Source: an uncultured Candidatus Saccharibacteria bacterium (GTDB lineage: Bacteria > Patescibacteriota > UBA1384 > CAYJQE01). Taken from it: a DNA stretch of 60,578 bases. The notes below the pieces were generated by a model. The model was not told where the DNA came from and searched no databases. It saw only the letters and a program-made list of their open reading frames with translations. Numbering within the stretch: position 1 is the stretch's first letter; every line of letters begins with the position of its first letter. Shown here piece after piece: positions 36,458-44,754 of the stretch. Location of the stretch: NCBI GenBank assembly GCA_964372245.1, contig CAYJQE010000003.1, forward strand, positions 1-60,578, given 5' to 3'. The position numbers and the translations under genes are program-made.

Positions 36458-37089
36458 CGTCTAACCAACGCTAAAATATAAGCAAAGATCAAAGCTATCA
36501 GTTCGACGCCGATCACGAAAGTCATGAAGGGGAGGAGATCTAATCCAAGCAAGGCTCTAAGGCTGATTTTTTGATCAAGAAATAAAAGATAGCCGAAAAA
36601 GCCGGTCAAAAAGACAATCGCGCCGAAAGCCGAGAGGCCGGCTTGAAGGTCGAGCTTTGAGGGAGCGAGGGTGGCGGAAATGTTGATTATCAGGTAGATG
36701 AGTAAAATCGTCACTGGCCAAGCCGGGAGATCGCCGAAAAACGATCGAAGGTCGAGGTTTTCGACCCGAAAAAAGTTAGGCGAGATCAGCCAACCGGCGC
36801 CTAAGAGGATAAAGGTTCCTAAAACTGCCGGCCCGAAAGCGATCAGAGTCCGCGAAAAAAGACCCTTCGGTCGTTCATGGATCACCTCGCCGCCCTGCCA
36901 CTTCCAAGCGTTGAATTCATAAACTCGGTGGCCGGTAAAAACACTCATCAGAGTATGGCCAAGCTCGTGGATAAAGACACCGGGGGCGAGAAAGATCCGC
37001 AAAGCCCTCGCCGGAATAGCTCTCTGCATAACCTTTAAGATCAGAAAGCTTAAAAGCTCGATAAAGATCAGGGCCAGAAAGATACTCAA
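36439..37089 (-). CDS. M50-family (HExxH) membrane metallopeptidase
   Basis: PGVFIHELGH, GEVIH, LIAFGP, LAPSKLD; multiple TM segments. Confidence 0.8.
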   Translation of the reverse strand: MSIFLALIFIELLSFLILKVMQRAIPARALRIFLAPGVFIHELGHTLMSVFTGHRVYEFNAWKWQGGEVIHERPKGLFSRTLIAFGPAVLGTFILLGAGWLISPNFFRVENLDLRSFFGDLPAWPVTILLIYLIINISATLAPSKLDLQAGLSAFGAIVFLTGFFGYLLFLDQKISLRALLGLDLLPFMTFVIGVELIALIFAYILALVRRWSKRI

Positions 37090-37096
37090 GGATTAA

Positions 37097-37837
37097 CTAT
37101 TTTTTGCCTATCACGACGACTAGATCCGAGTTTTCGACAACCGAGTTGTTCTCCTCAAGCTCGGCTTGACGACCGCTCAAGGCCTCCCGAAGGAGTTTGG
37201 CCTCCTCGGCCTTTCCGGTTTTGTGATATATCAAAGTTTTTTCGTAAGTGAATCGCTTAGCGTTGCCAATATCATGGACGACAAAGCCTTTGGCCTCAAG
37301 ATCGTCGGCAACAACTTGGGCCGAGCCGATCTGACCGTTGCCGTTTAGGACCTTGATCGAGATATCCTTTTTTGAGATTGGGGCGAGCGTTAATGTCCGA
37401 TCTTCTGTTTTTGGTTGGGTTTTTTGATCTCCCTCATCGTCATTGACCGGTTGATCCGAGCCTTGATCGGTCGGCCGATTCAAGTCCTCCGGCAGTTCGG
37501 GTAGAGCCGACCGCTCGCTCGAGCGACCGTCTTTAAGGGCCCTTAATAAGGATCGAATTTCATAGGAGACGGCCAGAACCAAGCCCAGGATCAGAACTAG
37601 AAGAACTATGTACTGGACAAGGTCGGCCTTTCGGGCCTTGATCGAAGACTCGCTTTTTCGGTTCATTGGATACATCTCCTTTTTAGTCTTTGACCGATCC
37701 TCCTCTTCCTCGGACTTGGCTGACGCCTCGAGAAAGGCCGCCTCGGCTTTTTCGAACTCTCCCTTCAAGGCCCCTCTCTCGGGCTCTGAAGTCGGCCTCG
37801 ACTTCCTCCTCGGTTCGATATCAAGCGACTTTGCCAT
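37097..37837 (-). CDS. LytR C-terminal domain membrane protein
   Basis: Single TM; ISIKVLNGNGQIGSA...GFVVHDIGNA...KTLIYH...DLVVVIGK. Confidence 0.85.
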   Translation of the reverse strand: MAKSLDIEPRRKSRPTSEPERGALKGEFEKAEAAFLEASAKSEEEEDRSKTKKEMYPMNRKSESSIKARKADLVQYIVLLVLILGLVLAVSYEIRSLLRALKDGRSSERSALPELPEDLNRPTDQGSDQPVNDDEGDQKTQPKTEDRTLTLAPISKKDISIKVLNGNGQIGSAQVVADDLEAKGFVVHDIGNAKRFTYEKTLIYHKTGKAEEAKLLREALSGRQAELEENNSVVENSDLVVVIGKK

Positions 37838-37840
37838 CGT

Positions 37841-38140
37841 CTACCAATCGAGTGATCTTTTCGGAGGAGGGGTCTTTTCGTCGGTTGTCTCCCGCCAAGA
37901 ACTTAAACTCGACGACTCGGCTGAAGATTCTTCCTCCCCTTCTCGCAGAACCGGTTTTTTCAAGATTAACCGGTTGTTATCGGAATCGAGCTGGAATTCG
38001 ACTGGATCTCCAGCCTGCCAGCCAAGCCTTTGAAGATCCGTCTTGGGCAGAACAACAGCCGTTGAATAAGAGCCGAGAGTCATGAGTTGAGGAAAGGCTT
38101 TGGGTTTGAGCCGATCTTTCTTTCTATCTTTCGAGGTCAT
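37841..38140 (-). CDS. AbrB/MazE/SpoVT-family DNA-binding protein
   Basis: LGSYSTAVVLPK...LGWQAGDPVEF...LILKK; no toxin gene adjacent. Confidence 0.8.
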   Translation of the reverse strand: MTSKDRKKDRLKPKAFPQLMTLGSYSTAVVLPKTDLQRLGWQAGDPVEFQLDSDNNRLILKKPVLREGEEESSAESSSLSSWRETTDEKTPPPKRSLDW

Positions 38141-38143
38141 TGA

Positions 38144-38347
38144 TTATAGCTTAAAAGGGAAAGCAAAAACTGTCGAGCCGAAATAGAGAACGATCAACAA
38201 AAGGGCGGCGGCTATGACCAGCATTATTGTCCCCTTGATCAAACGAAGAACCAGAGCGATAACAATCGCCGCCAAAAGATAGTAAACATAAGGCGCCGAA
38301 GCGTCCGGCAACGGATCGAGAAGGTTTTTTATAAGTTCGGTGATCAA
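38144..38347 (-). CDS. Small two-TM membrane protein
   Basis: 67 aa with two hydrophobic helices; GGGGAG SD; adjacent and co-directional with the AbrB-like gene. Confidence 0.65.
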   Translation of the reverse strand: MITELIKNLLDPLPDASAPYVYYLLAAIVIALVLRLIKGTIMLVIAAALLLIVLYFGSTVFAFPFKL

Positions 38348-38400
38348 TCTCGACTCCCCGATCTTAATTCTAGGCTTTTAGAGACCTTCTAGCAAATAGT

Positions 38401-38781
38401 TGGACTGGTTCAACACATCGAGGAGACCTTTTAAGTTGACAACATTCTCTCAAAATACTGTCTTGGTGCCAAGTAATTGAGGGCTTGATCGGGTCGGCGG
38501 TTGTTAAACCGCTCAATCCATGACCCGGCCTTCTCGTTATAGTTCTTTGACCGCTAAAGGCAGGGTTGTCTTTAGCCAAGAAGTAATTAGTGAGATGTGA
38601 TCGCCTTTGTTCTTTCGAGGAAAGTCTGACGATTTCAGCCAGTTTTTGCCGATGGGGCAAGAGAGTGATCAGTCGGGCTGATATGTCGATTGATCCTTTC
38701 ACGCGAGACTCCTTTTTTAAAGCGACTTTCCCTCCCGCCATTTTGAGGATGGAGTCTCCACGCTGCGTCTGAACAAAGGCA
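38401..38781 (-). mobile_element. 381-bp internally deleted IS3-family element (non-autonomous)
   Basis: TG...CA termini; imperfect 27-28-bp TIRs ending in GGAGAC; 5-bp direct repeat ATAGT on both flanks; transposase C-terminal remnant KNYNEKAGSWIERFNNRRPDQALNYLAPRQYFERMLST* at 38547-38431. Confidence 0.82.
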
Positions 38782-38897
38782 ATAGTCCATCGGGGATCGA
38801 ATCGAAGCTTTGGTCAGGGTGGACAAACTGCAAAGCCATTATCGCCAAAGGCAGGCCAAAAGTCAGGCCGCAAGCCCTGGCGATAGGAGTCGGACGA

Positions 38898-39497
38898 CTA
38901 GACAAACTTTCGAATTACTCCCTTGACTCGACCTTGGATCGTAACTCGCCGAGTTCTGATGGGCGGATATTTTTTATTCGCGGCTTGAAGGCGAATTGTC
39001 TTTTTTTCTCGGTAAAAACGTTTGAGGGTCGCGGTGTCTTGGTCGATGAGAGCGACCACAATGTCGCCATTTTTTGGCTCGGCGATCTGATCTACGATGA
39101 TATAATCGCCTTCAAAGATGCCGTCTTCGATCATTGAGTCGCCCCTGACTCGAAGAGCAAAAGTGTTCGGACCAATCATGTCGCGAGGGATTTCGATCGT
39201 ATCGTTAGTCCTAATGGCTTCGATTGGCTCGCCGGCCTGAATTGTGCCTTCAAGGGGGACTTCGAAATGACGCTCATCCCAAGCTGGAGTCAACTGAAGC
39301 GACCGAGCAAGGTTTTCGACCTTAATGAGATAGCCCTTTTTCCTCAAGGCCTCAACATAAGCGGCGACCGTCGCGACCGACGAAAGTTTAAATTGGCGAG
39401 CAATCTCGCGAAAACTCGGGCTGTAATCATGCTCGAGAATATATCGCTTGATGAATTCAAAAACGGCTTTTTGTTTTGGGGTGAGTGTGGTTGCCAT
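38898..39497 (-). CDS. lexA: SOS repressor LexA
   Basis: LTPKQ...PSFREIA wHTH; IQAGEP cleavage site; GDSM (Ser) and TLKRF (Lys) catalytic dyad. Confidence 0.96.
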   Translation of the reverse strand: MATTLTPKQKAVFEFIKRYILEHDYSPSFREIARQFKLSSVATVAAYVEALRKKGYLIKVENLARSLQLTPAWDERHFEVPLEGTIQAGEPIEAIRTNDTIEIPRDMIGPNTFALRVRGDSMIEDGIFEGDYIIVDQIAEPKNGDIVVALIDQDTATLKRFYREKKTIRLQAANKKYPPIRTRRVTIQGRVKGVIRKFV

Positions 39498-39531
39498 GCT
39501 CCTTTAGTTATCGCCCGTCTCTTTTAGATTC

Positions 39532-39546
39532 GAACAAAGAGCGAAC
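39532..39546. promoter_or_regulatory. Candidate LexA operator GAAC-N7-GAAC at the lexA promoter
   Basis: GAACAAAGAGCGAAC lies just downstream of a minus-strand TTGACA (39554-39549). Confidence 0.55.
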
Positions 39547-39624
39547 GGTGTCAAGTCGGCGGTAAAGGCCCTGGCCGCTTGGGTTAAAATTGGTCAAAGA
39601 AAAACTTAAAATCATTATCCTCTT

Positions 39625-41022
39625 TCAGAGAGATCGGTCTTTTAGCCTCTTGTCCCGACCGTCCGGAATCGGCTCCAAGATTCCCTTTGCCAGCAGACTG
39701 CCGGCAAAAACAACCGACCACGAGCCAAAACGGCCGGATATTTGATCAAGCGCCTCGGTTAATCTTTCCTGTCGCCGTTCCGATCCGAAGAGCGAAAGAG
39801 AGATCTGATCTTCCCCGAAAAGATCGGTTGCCGAAAGACCGATTCGACGGATCGGCAAAAATCGAAAATCGGCCGGCGCTTCAAGAATTATATTTCTGGC
39901 AACTTCATAGATTTGACGGCCTTGATTAATCGGTCTCGCGATTCGTCTGTTTCGACCAAAACTTCGACCGTCATCAAGCCAGAGAAAACTCCAAATTCTT
40001 TGACCAAAAAGTCTCTTTCTTCTCATCCGTCGCCCGACCTGATCCGAAAGTCGGAACAGGACGGCTTGAGCCGACCGCCAGTCAGAGCAATTTCTAGGCA
40101 GGCTGTAAGAGTGCCCAAAAGATCTCTCGACTGAAAGATCGCCAAAAGTCGCGATTGGAAGATGGTCTTCGCCCTGACCCATCTGCCAGAGAGCGATGCC
40201 TCGATGATGACCGAATTCGGAGATCAGGACCGCTCGTTCAATATGAGCAAGGTCTTCCGGCCGATAGATGCCAAGACCGTTTAACCGTCGAAGAACCTGA
40301 CGACCGATGCCGCAAAAATCGGCCAGTTCAACCTCCGCGAAGAGTTGATCTTTTGTCACAAATCGGGCTGACCGAACGGTTCTTTTTGACCGCGGAACAG
40401 GCCCTCGGGTCTCCCTGTCAATCACGACCGTCAGACCGTCGGGCTTCTTTGATTCCGAAGCAAGCTTGGCCATAAATTTGTTGTCGGCAAAGCCAATCGA
40501 GGCGGTGACACAGTCGCCAATTTCCCGCCTGATATTCCGCTTGATCGAAAGAGCGGTCTCTATCATACTTTCAAGGCTAATTGCTTTGAGAGTCTCAAAA
40601 TCGAAAGCGAGACCGTCGCGATCATTTTTCTCACCCTTAAGTTCCTGACTCCCGATTTGGTCGCCAAGCCTTCGAACTTCGAAAAACGCTTCGTCAATCG
40701 AGAATGGCTCGATCCTGGCCGAGTAGCGATCGAGAATCTCAAGGAATCTTCTGTTGATCTCGAGATAACGCTCGTAGTCGGCTGGAATAAGAATCAGCTC
40801 CGGACAAAATTGTCTAGCCTCAAAAACACTCATGCCCGACTTGACACCGCGCTTTTTCGCCTCGATCGAAGCAGCGACGACAACCGTTCTCTGTCGAGTG
40901 ACATTCTTGCCAGAAACGCCGATCGGACGGCCGCGGAGATGAGGATTGGCCTGCTGCTCAAGCGTGGCGAAATAGGAGTTCATATCAATATGAGCGATGG
41001 TTCTGGCAGGAAAAAACCTCAT
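39625..41022 (-). CDS. dinB: Y-family DNA polymerase (DinB/UmuC-like)
   Basis: HIDMNSYFA, VVAASIEAK..GV..GM, SIDEAF, KFMAKLAS..KKPDG, GIG; C-terminal little-finger domain. Confidence 0.92.
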   Translation of the reverse strand: MRFFPARTIAHIDMNSYFATLEQQANPHLRGRPIGVSGKNVTRQRTVVVAASIEAKKRGVKSGMSVFEARQFCPELILIPADYERYLEINRRFLEILDRYSARIEPFSIDEAFFEVRRLGDQIGSQELKGEKNDRDGLAFDFETLKAISLESMIETALSIKRNIRREIGDCVTASIGFADNKFMAKLASESKKPDGLTVVIDRETRGPVPRSKRTVRSARFVTKDQLFAEVELADFCGIGRQVLRRLNGLGIYRPEDLAHIERAVLISEFGHHRGIALWQMGQGEDHLPIATFGDLSVERSFGHSYSLPRNCSDWRSAQAVLFRLSDQVGRRMRRKRLFGQRIWSFLWLDDGRSFGRNRRIARPINQGRQIYEVARNIILEAPADFRFLPIRRIGLSATDLFGEDQISLSLFGSERRQERLTEALDQISGRFGSWSVVFAGSLLAKGILEPIPDGRDKRLKDRSL

Positions 41023-41158
41023 GGTTAATCAAAAAAACTTTCGACGGAAGAAACGAAAAGTCTTCGACTTGAGAGAAAAATCTTCCCGCGAAAACAGGTC
41101 TCGGTTGAACGACTTGACATCTGATTTTTTTCGTCGCTCGGGCTCTTTAGGTTTTGAT

Positions 41159-41407
41159 TTAGTCGGCCCAGAGCTCTAAAAGCCGCCACTCTAATGTTTC
41201 GCTATCGAACAAAAGCTTGTAGGCCGCGACCCTGTTTGAAACGGCAAAGGTATAGAGTTTTTTCCGGCCGTCGCGGAACGAGTGGACAAGATTGACCGAA
41301 TCAATCTTGATCACTCTTCCTCGCCACCTGATCGCTTTGGGCCTGACAAGCGAACCATTAAAGGTAACAAAGACTTCAATGATCTCGTTGATCGGGGTCA
41401 AAGTCAT
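41159..41407 (-). CDS. Small beta-rich protein (DUF6504-like), first gene of the dinB unit
   Basis: PKAIRWRGRVIKI...YKLLFD..TLEWRL; ATG lies 6 nt after TGATATTAT. Confidence 0.7.
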   Translation of the reverse strand: MTLTPINEIIEVFVTFNGSLVRPKAIRWRGRVIKIDSVNLVHSFRDGRKKLYTFAVSNRVAAYKLLFDSETLEWRLLELWAD

Positions 41408-41421
41408 AACTGAATAATATC

Positions 41422-41436
41422 AAACAAAAATCGAAC
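41422..41436. promoter_or_regulatory. Second candidate LexA operator AAAC-N7-GAAC
   Basis: AAACAAAAATCGAAC abuts the extended -10 (41419-41414) of the small-ORF/dinB unit. Confidence 0.5.
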
Positions 41437-41608
41437 ATCAAAGGGGTGTCAAGGATGGCCGAGGGCGTTTTTTCCAAACGCCCAAAACAAAACCATCCGT
41501 TTCTGTTTCTTTCAAGCCAGCCGGGTATGGCTCTAATAAGGCTGGCGTGCGAGTTACCTCTCGGAAGGTCGATAAAAGATGGCTCCCAAAGGCAATTATT
41601 TGAAAGAA

Positions 41609-41629
41609 AAAAAGGCTCCTGACCCCTTT
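41609..41629 (-). repeat. Short interspersed repeat, copy 3 of 3
   Basis: Same 21-nt core, 7 nt after the stop of the 2-hydroxyacid dehydrogenase gene. Confidence 0.7.
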
Positions 41630-41636
41630 ATTCCCT

Positions 41637-42602
41637 TTATTGGTGGATGGGGTTGGGTGGTTTTTGGCCCGAGAGGACGGCGATGATATTTTTGGCCGCT
41701 ATCTCGCTCATCGCCTCTCTCGCCTCTTCCGTCGCCGAAGCGATATGCGGCGTCAGAACGACATTTTTCAGACCCTTCAGATCGGGTGATAACTTTGGCT
41801 CGAGTTCAAAGACATCAAGACCGGCGCCAAAAATCCTCTTTTCCTTGAGCGCCAGAACAAGCGCCCGCTCGTCAATAACCGGCCCGCGCGAAGTGTTGAT
41901 CACAATCGCCGTCGGCTTCATAAGCCGAAGCGTTTTGGCGTTGATCAGATGTTTCGTGGTCGGCAAAAGCGGGACATGAATCGTCAGCACATCGGCTCTT
42001 TTGAGAAGGCCCTCGAAGCTCAGAAACTCGGCTTTCTCTTCTCTCTCAAACTGATTGTTCCGCCTGACATCGTGATAGAGGATCTTCATTGAAAAACCTC
42101 GTCCGGCGATATGGCCGACGATCGAGCCGATCCGGCCGAGGCCAAGAATGCCAAGAGCTTTGTTTTTCAGGCCGGCTCCCAAGAATCCCATCGGCATCCA
42201 AGACTTAAATTTGCCGGCTCTGACAAATTGATCAGACTCGACAACTCTTTTGGCGACCGCCATGATCAAAGCGAGCGTGTGCTCGGCGACCGAGTCCGAG
42301 AGAACCCCGGGCGTGTTGGTGACCACGACGGATCTTTTTTTGGCGGCTTGAAGATCGATATTGTCGAAACCGACAGCATAGTTGGCAACGATTTTAAGCT
42401 CTCGACCGGCCGACTCGAAAACCTTTTCGTCAATCTTTTCGGTCAAGATCGAAAGAATGGCAAAAGCGCCCTTGACCCGCTTTAAAAGTTCTCCTCTGGT
42501 TATCGGCCCTTTGCCTCGATAGACCGAAACCTTAAAATGTTTTTCGAGGAGCCGGACGCCGTTGAGCGGAATCTGGCCGGTGATAAAAACTTTCTTTGTC
42601 AC
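41637..42602 (-). CDS. D-2-hydroxyacid dehydrogenase (glyoxylate reductase/D-glycerate dehydrogenase-like)
   Basis: VGFDNID, TNTPGVL, GLGRIG, INTSRGPV, GAGLDVFE, LTPHIAS. Confidence 0.93.
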   Translation of the reverse strand: MTKKVFITGQIPLNGVRLLEKHFKVSVYRGKGPITRGELLKRVKGAFAILSILTEKIDEKVFESAGRELKIVANYAVGFDNIDLQAAKKRSVVVTNTPGVLSDSVAEHTLALIMAVAKRVVESDQFVRAGKFKSWMPMGFLGAGLKNKALGILGLGRIGSIVGHIAGRGFSMKILYHDVRRNNQFEREEKAEFLSFEGLLKRADVLTIHVPLLPTTKHLINAKTLRLMKPTAIVINTSRGPVIDERALVLALKEKRIFGAGLDVFELEPKLSPDLKGLKNVVLTPHIASATEEAREAMSEIAAKNIIAVLSGQKPPNPIHQ

Positions 42603-42755
42603 GGCCGACTAAAAGCTAAAAAACAAAGCCGAAAAATCCCATTATCCCTAGCTCGGCCACCGCTCGAAAAACAACCTTTCAGCCGAAGTCTTTCCGCTTC
42701 TTGCTTATTCACCGGTGGTTCGCGTCTCGTCATTTTCGGTTCCATCTCCCGGTGT

Positions 42756-43418
42756 TTATAGTCCCGACAGACGAGTGTGAGCCACCAGACAGAGCGGCCG
42801 GTCGGAGACTCTTGCCTCTTCCAAAGCGGTCGCCAGTTCGTTATAGTCATGTCCGTCAATATCCCTCGCCCGCCAGCCAAAGGCCTCGAACCTCTTTGAG
42901 ATCGGCTTGGGCGCCTCGGAGTAGTCGGCAACAACAATTTTGCAGATATTGTTCAAATTTCTTTCAGCCGCCCGATAAACCGCCTGCCAGAGCCGTCCGG
43001 AATCCTGATGACCGGAATCACCGATAACATAAACCACTTTCCGTCTCGATCCAATGATCCGTTGAGCCAATTTAACGGCTCTCGAAAGGCCGGAAGCCCT
43101 CGGACCATGATGACTTTCAAATCGATCCTCGATCGCCCGATGATGATGAATCGAGGCGTGACTAACATGAACGGCCCTTAAGAGGGAAAAGGCGGCCTCG
43201 AATATCGGCCGACACTCTTGACAGGCGACTATCAAGCGATCTCGTTCCGGCCAGTAGGGATTTTTCGGGTCAAAGAGATAGTGATTGCCGAAAATCAAAG
43301 CAGAAAAAAGATCGGCCGATTGAAGATGGGTCTTCTTCTGGCCTGTCGGGGAATCTCGGTCGGACCCCAAGACCCGGACCTTGATCGCCTCCGACTGTTT
43401 TTTGAGCCTCTGACTCAT
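42756..43418 (-). CDS. Degenerate transketolase N-terminal (TPP-binding) paralog
   Basis: Aligns with 44755-45612 (FDPKNPYWPERDRL, WQA, FEAFGW...IDGH) but lacks the SAGH/SCGH/GHP histidines and the canonical GDG...N motif. Confidence 0.7.
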   Translation of the reverse strand: MSQRLKKQSEAIKVRVLGSDRDSPTGQKKTHLQSADLFSALIFGNHYLFDPKNPYWPERDRLIVACQECRPIFEAAFSLLRAVHVSHASIHHHRAIEDRFESHHGPRASGLSRAVKLAQRIIGSRRKVVYVIGDSGHQDSGRLWQAVYRAAERNLNNICKIVVADYSEAPKPISKRFEAFGWRARDIDGHDYNELATALEEARVSDRPLCLVAHTRLSGL

Positions 43419-43459
43419 CACTCCCCCGCCTTTGCCACTGAATTTAGTCTAGCAGAGTT

Positions 43460-44491
43460 TCAGTTTTCACTGACTTTGATTTTGATCGACTGACTCTGAC
43501 GACGTTTAACCGCTCTCAAAGCCGCTTTAACGATATCTTCGGTCGTCATATTAAATTTTTTTAGGAGTTCGTCCGGTTGACCGGATTCGCCAAATTGATC
43601 ATCCATCCCAACCGGCTCAATCGGAGTTGGCTGAAACTCGGCCAAAACTTCGGAAACCGCTCCGAAAAGGCCGCCAAAACATTGATGTTCCTCAACCGTA
43701 ACCAGCGCGCCAGTTCTCTTGGCCAGCTCGCTAATGGCTTTCCGGTCAATTGGTTTGAGCGTGTGGCAATTGAGCACAATCGAACCAACTCCGGCCTCTT
43801 TTTCGAGTTCCCTCGCCGCTTCGAGGGCTCGATAGAGAAGCGGGCCGATACCGATAATTCCGACTTTCGGCTTTTCCGACCGCCAATAGATCTCGGCCGA
43901 ACCGATTCTGAAAGGAGTCTTTTGACTGGTAAAAAGAGGAGACGCCTCCCTCGCGAATCGAAAGTAGACCGGTCCTTGATGTTTGGCGGCAGCCAGAGTC
44001 GCCTTTTTAGTCTCAAGAGCGTCACAGGGAGCGATGACCGTCATATTCGGCAAAACCCGCATTATCGAGAGATCCTCGAGAGCTTGATGAGTCGCCCCGT
44101 CTGGTCCGACCGAAACACCAGTGTGGGCGCCGGCGATTTTGACATTGGCTTTTGAATAAGCGATCGCTACCCGAATCTGTTCCCAAGCTCGACCGGGTGA
44201 AAAAACGGCGTAAGAGGAGATGAAAGGAATCTTTCCCGCCAGAGCCAAGCCAGCCGCCACTCCGGTCATATTTTGCTCGGCCACCCCGCACTCGATAAAT
44301 CGATCGGGGTATTTTTCCTCGAAAAGTTGGGCTCGGGTTGATTCCTTGAGATCGCCGGTCAAAACAACGATGTCGGGATTTTCCCGACCAAGCTCAAGCA
44401 GACCCTGTCCGTAACCATCGCGAGTCGGGACCGCTTTGATCTTTTCCGAAAAGAGATCGCTCACCAAATTTGCTGCCGAAACGATTGCCAT
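43460..44491 (-). CDS. Transketolase, C-terminal subunit
   Basis: TRDGYG, GVAEQNM, GPDGATHQALED, VTVEEH, FGESG. Confidence 0.93.
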   Translation of the reverse strand: MAIVSAANLVSDLFSEKIKAVPTRDGYGQGLLELGRENPDIVVLTGDLKESTRAQLFEEKYPDRFIECGVAEQNMTGVAAGLALAGKIPFISSYAVFSPGRAWEQIRVAIAYSKANVKIAGAHTGVSVGPDGATHQALEDLSIMRVLPNMTVIAPCDALETKKATLAAAKHQGPVYFRFAREASPLFTSQKTPFRIGSAEIYWRSEKPKVGIIGIGPLLYRALEAARELEKEAGVGSIVLNCHTLKPIDRKAISELAKRTGALVTVEEHQCFGGLFGAVSEVLAEFQPTPIEPVGMDDQFGESGQPDELLKKFNMTTEDIVKAALRAVKRRQSQSIKIKVSEN

Positions 44492-44754
44492 GTCAGGTCA
44501 TAAATGCCAAATTATCGGTCAGAACGGGGCGGCTCGGGTTGGCTGTTTCGGCCCTTGAGCGCCAAGTGATAGGCCAAAGGCAAAACAAGACCAAGGCTCC
44601 TCGTCGAAGCAAAGAAAAAGGCCTTCTAGCTTTTGCCAATCTGGGCTTTTTCGATAAAAAGCCAGTTTGCCGACCGGCTCCTGTTTTCATGATCTTGGCT
44701 GGCAGTTTCATGACCGGGCCTTCATTGTCTTTCTTTGACACTCCCGATTCCGTA

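Noticed and set aside
38370-38741. 123-aa ORF from the ORF track
   Set aside because: It lies across the IS remnant; the transposase-like residues are in a different frame, so this ORF is probably incidental.
44493-44754. Small ORF between the two transketolase subunits
   Set aside because: No frame gave a convincing start plus motif; left unannotated.
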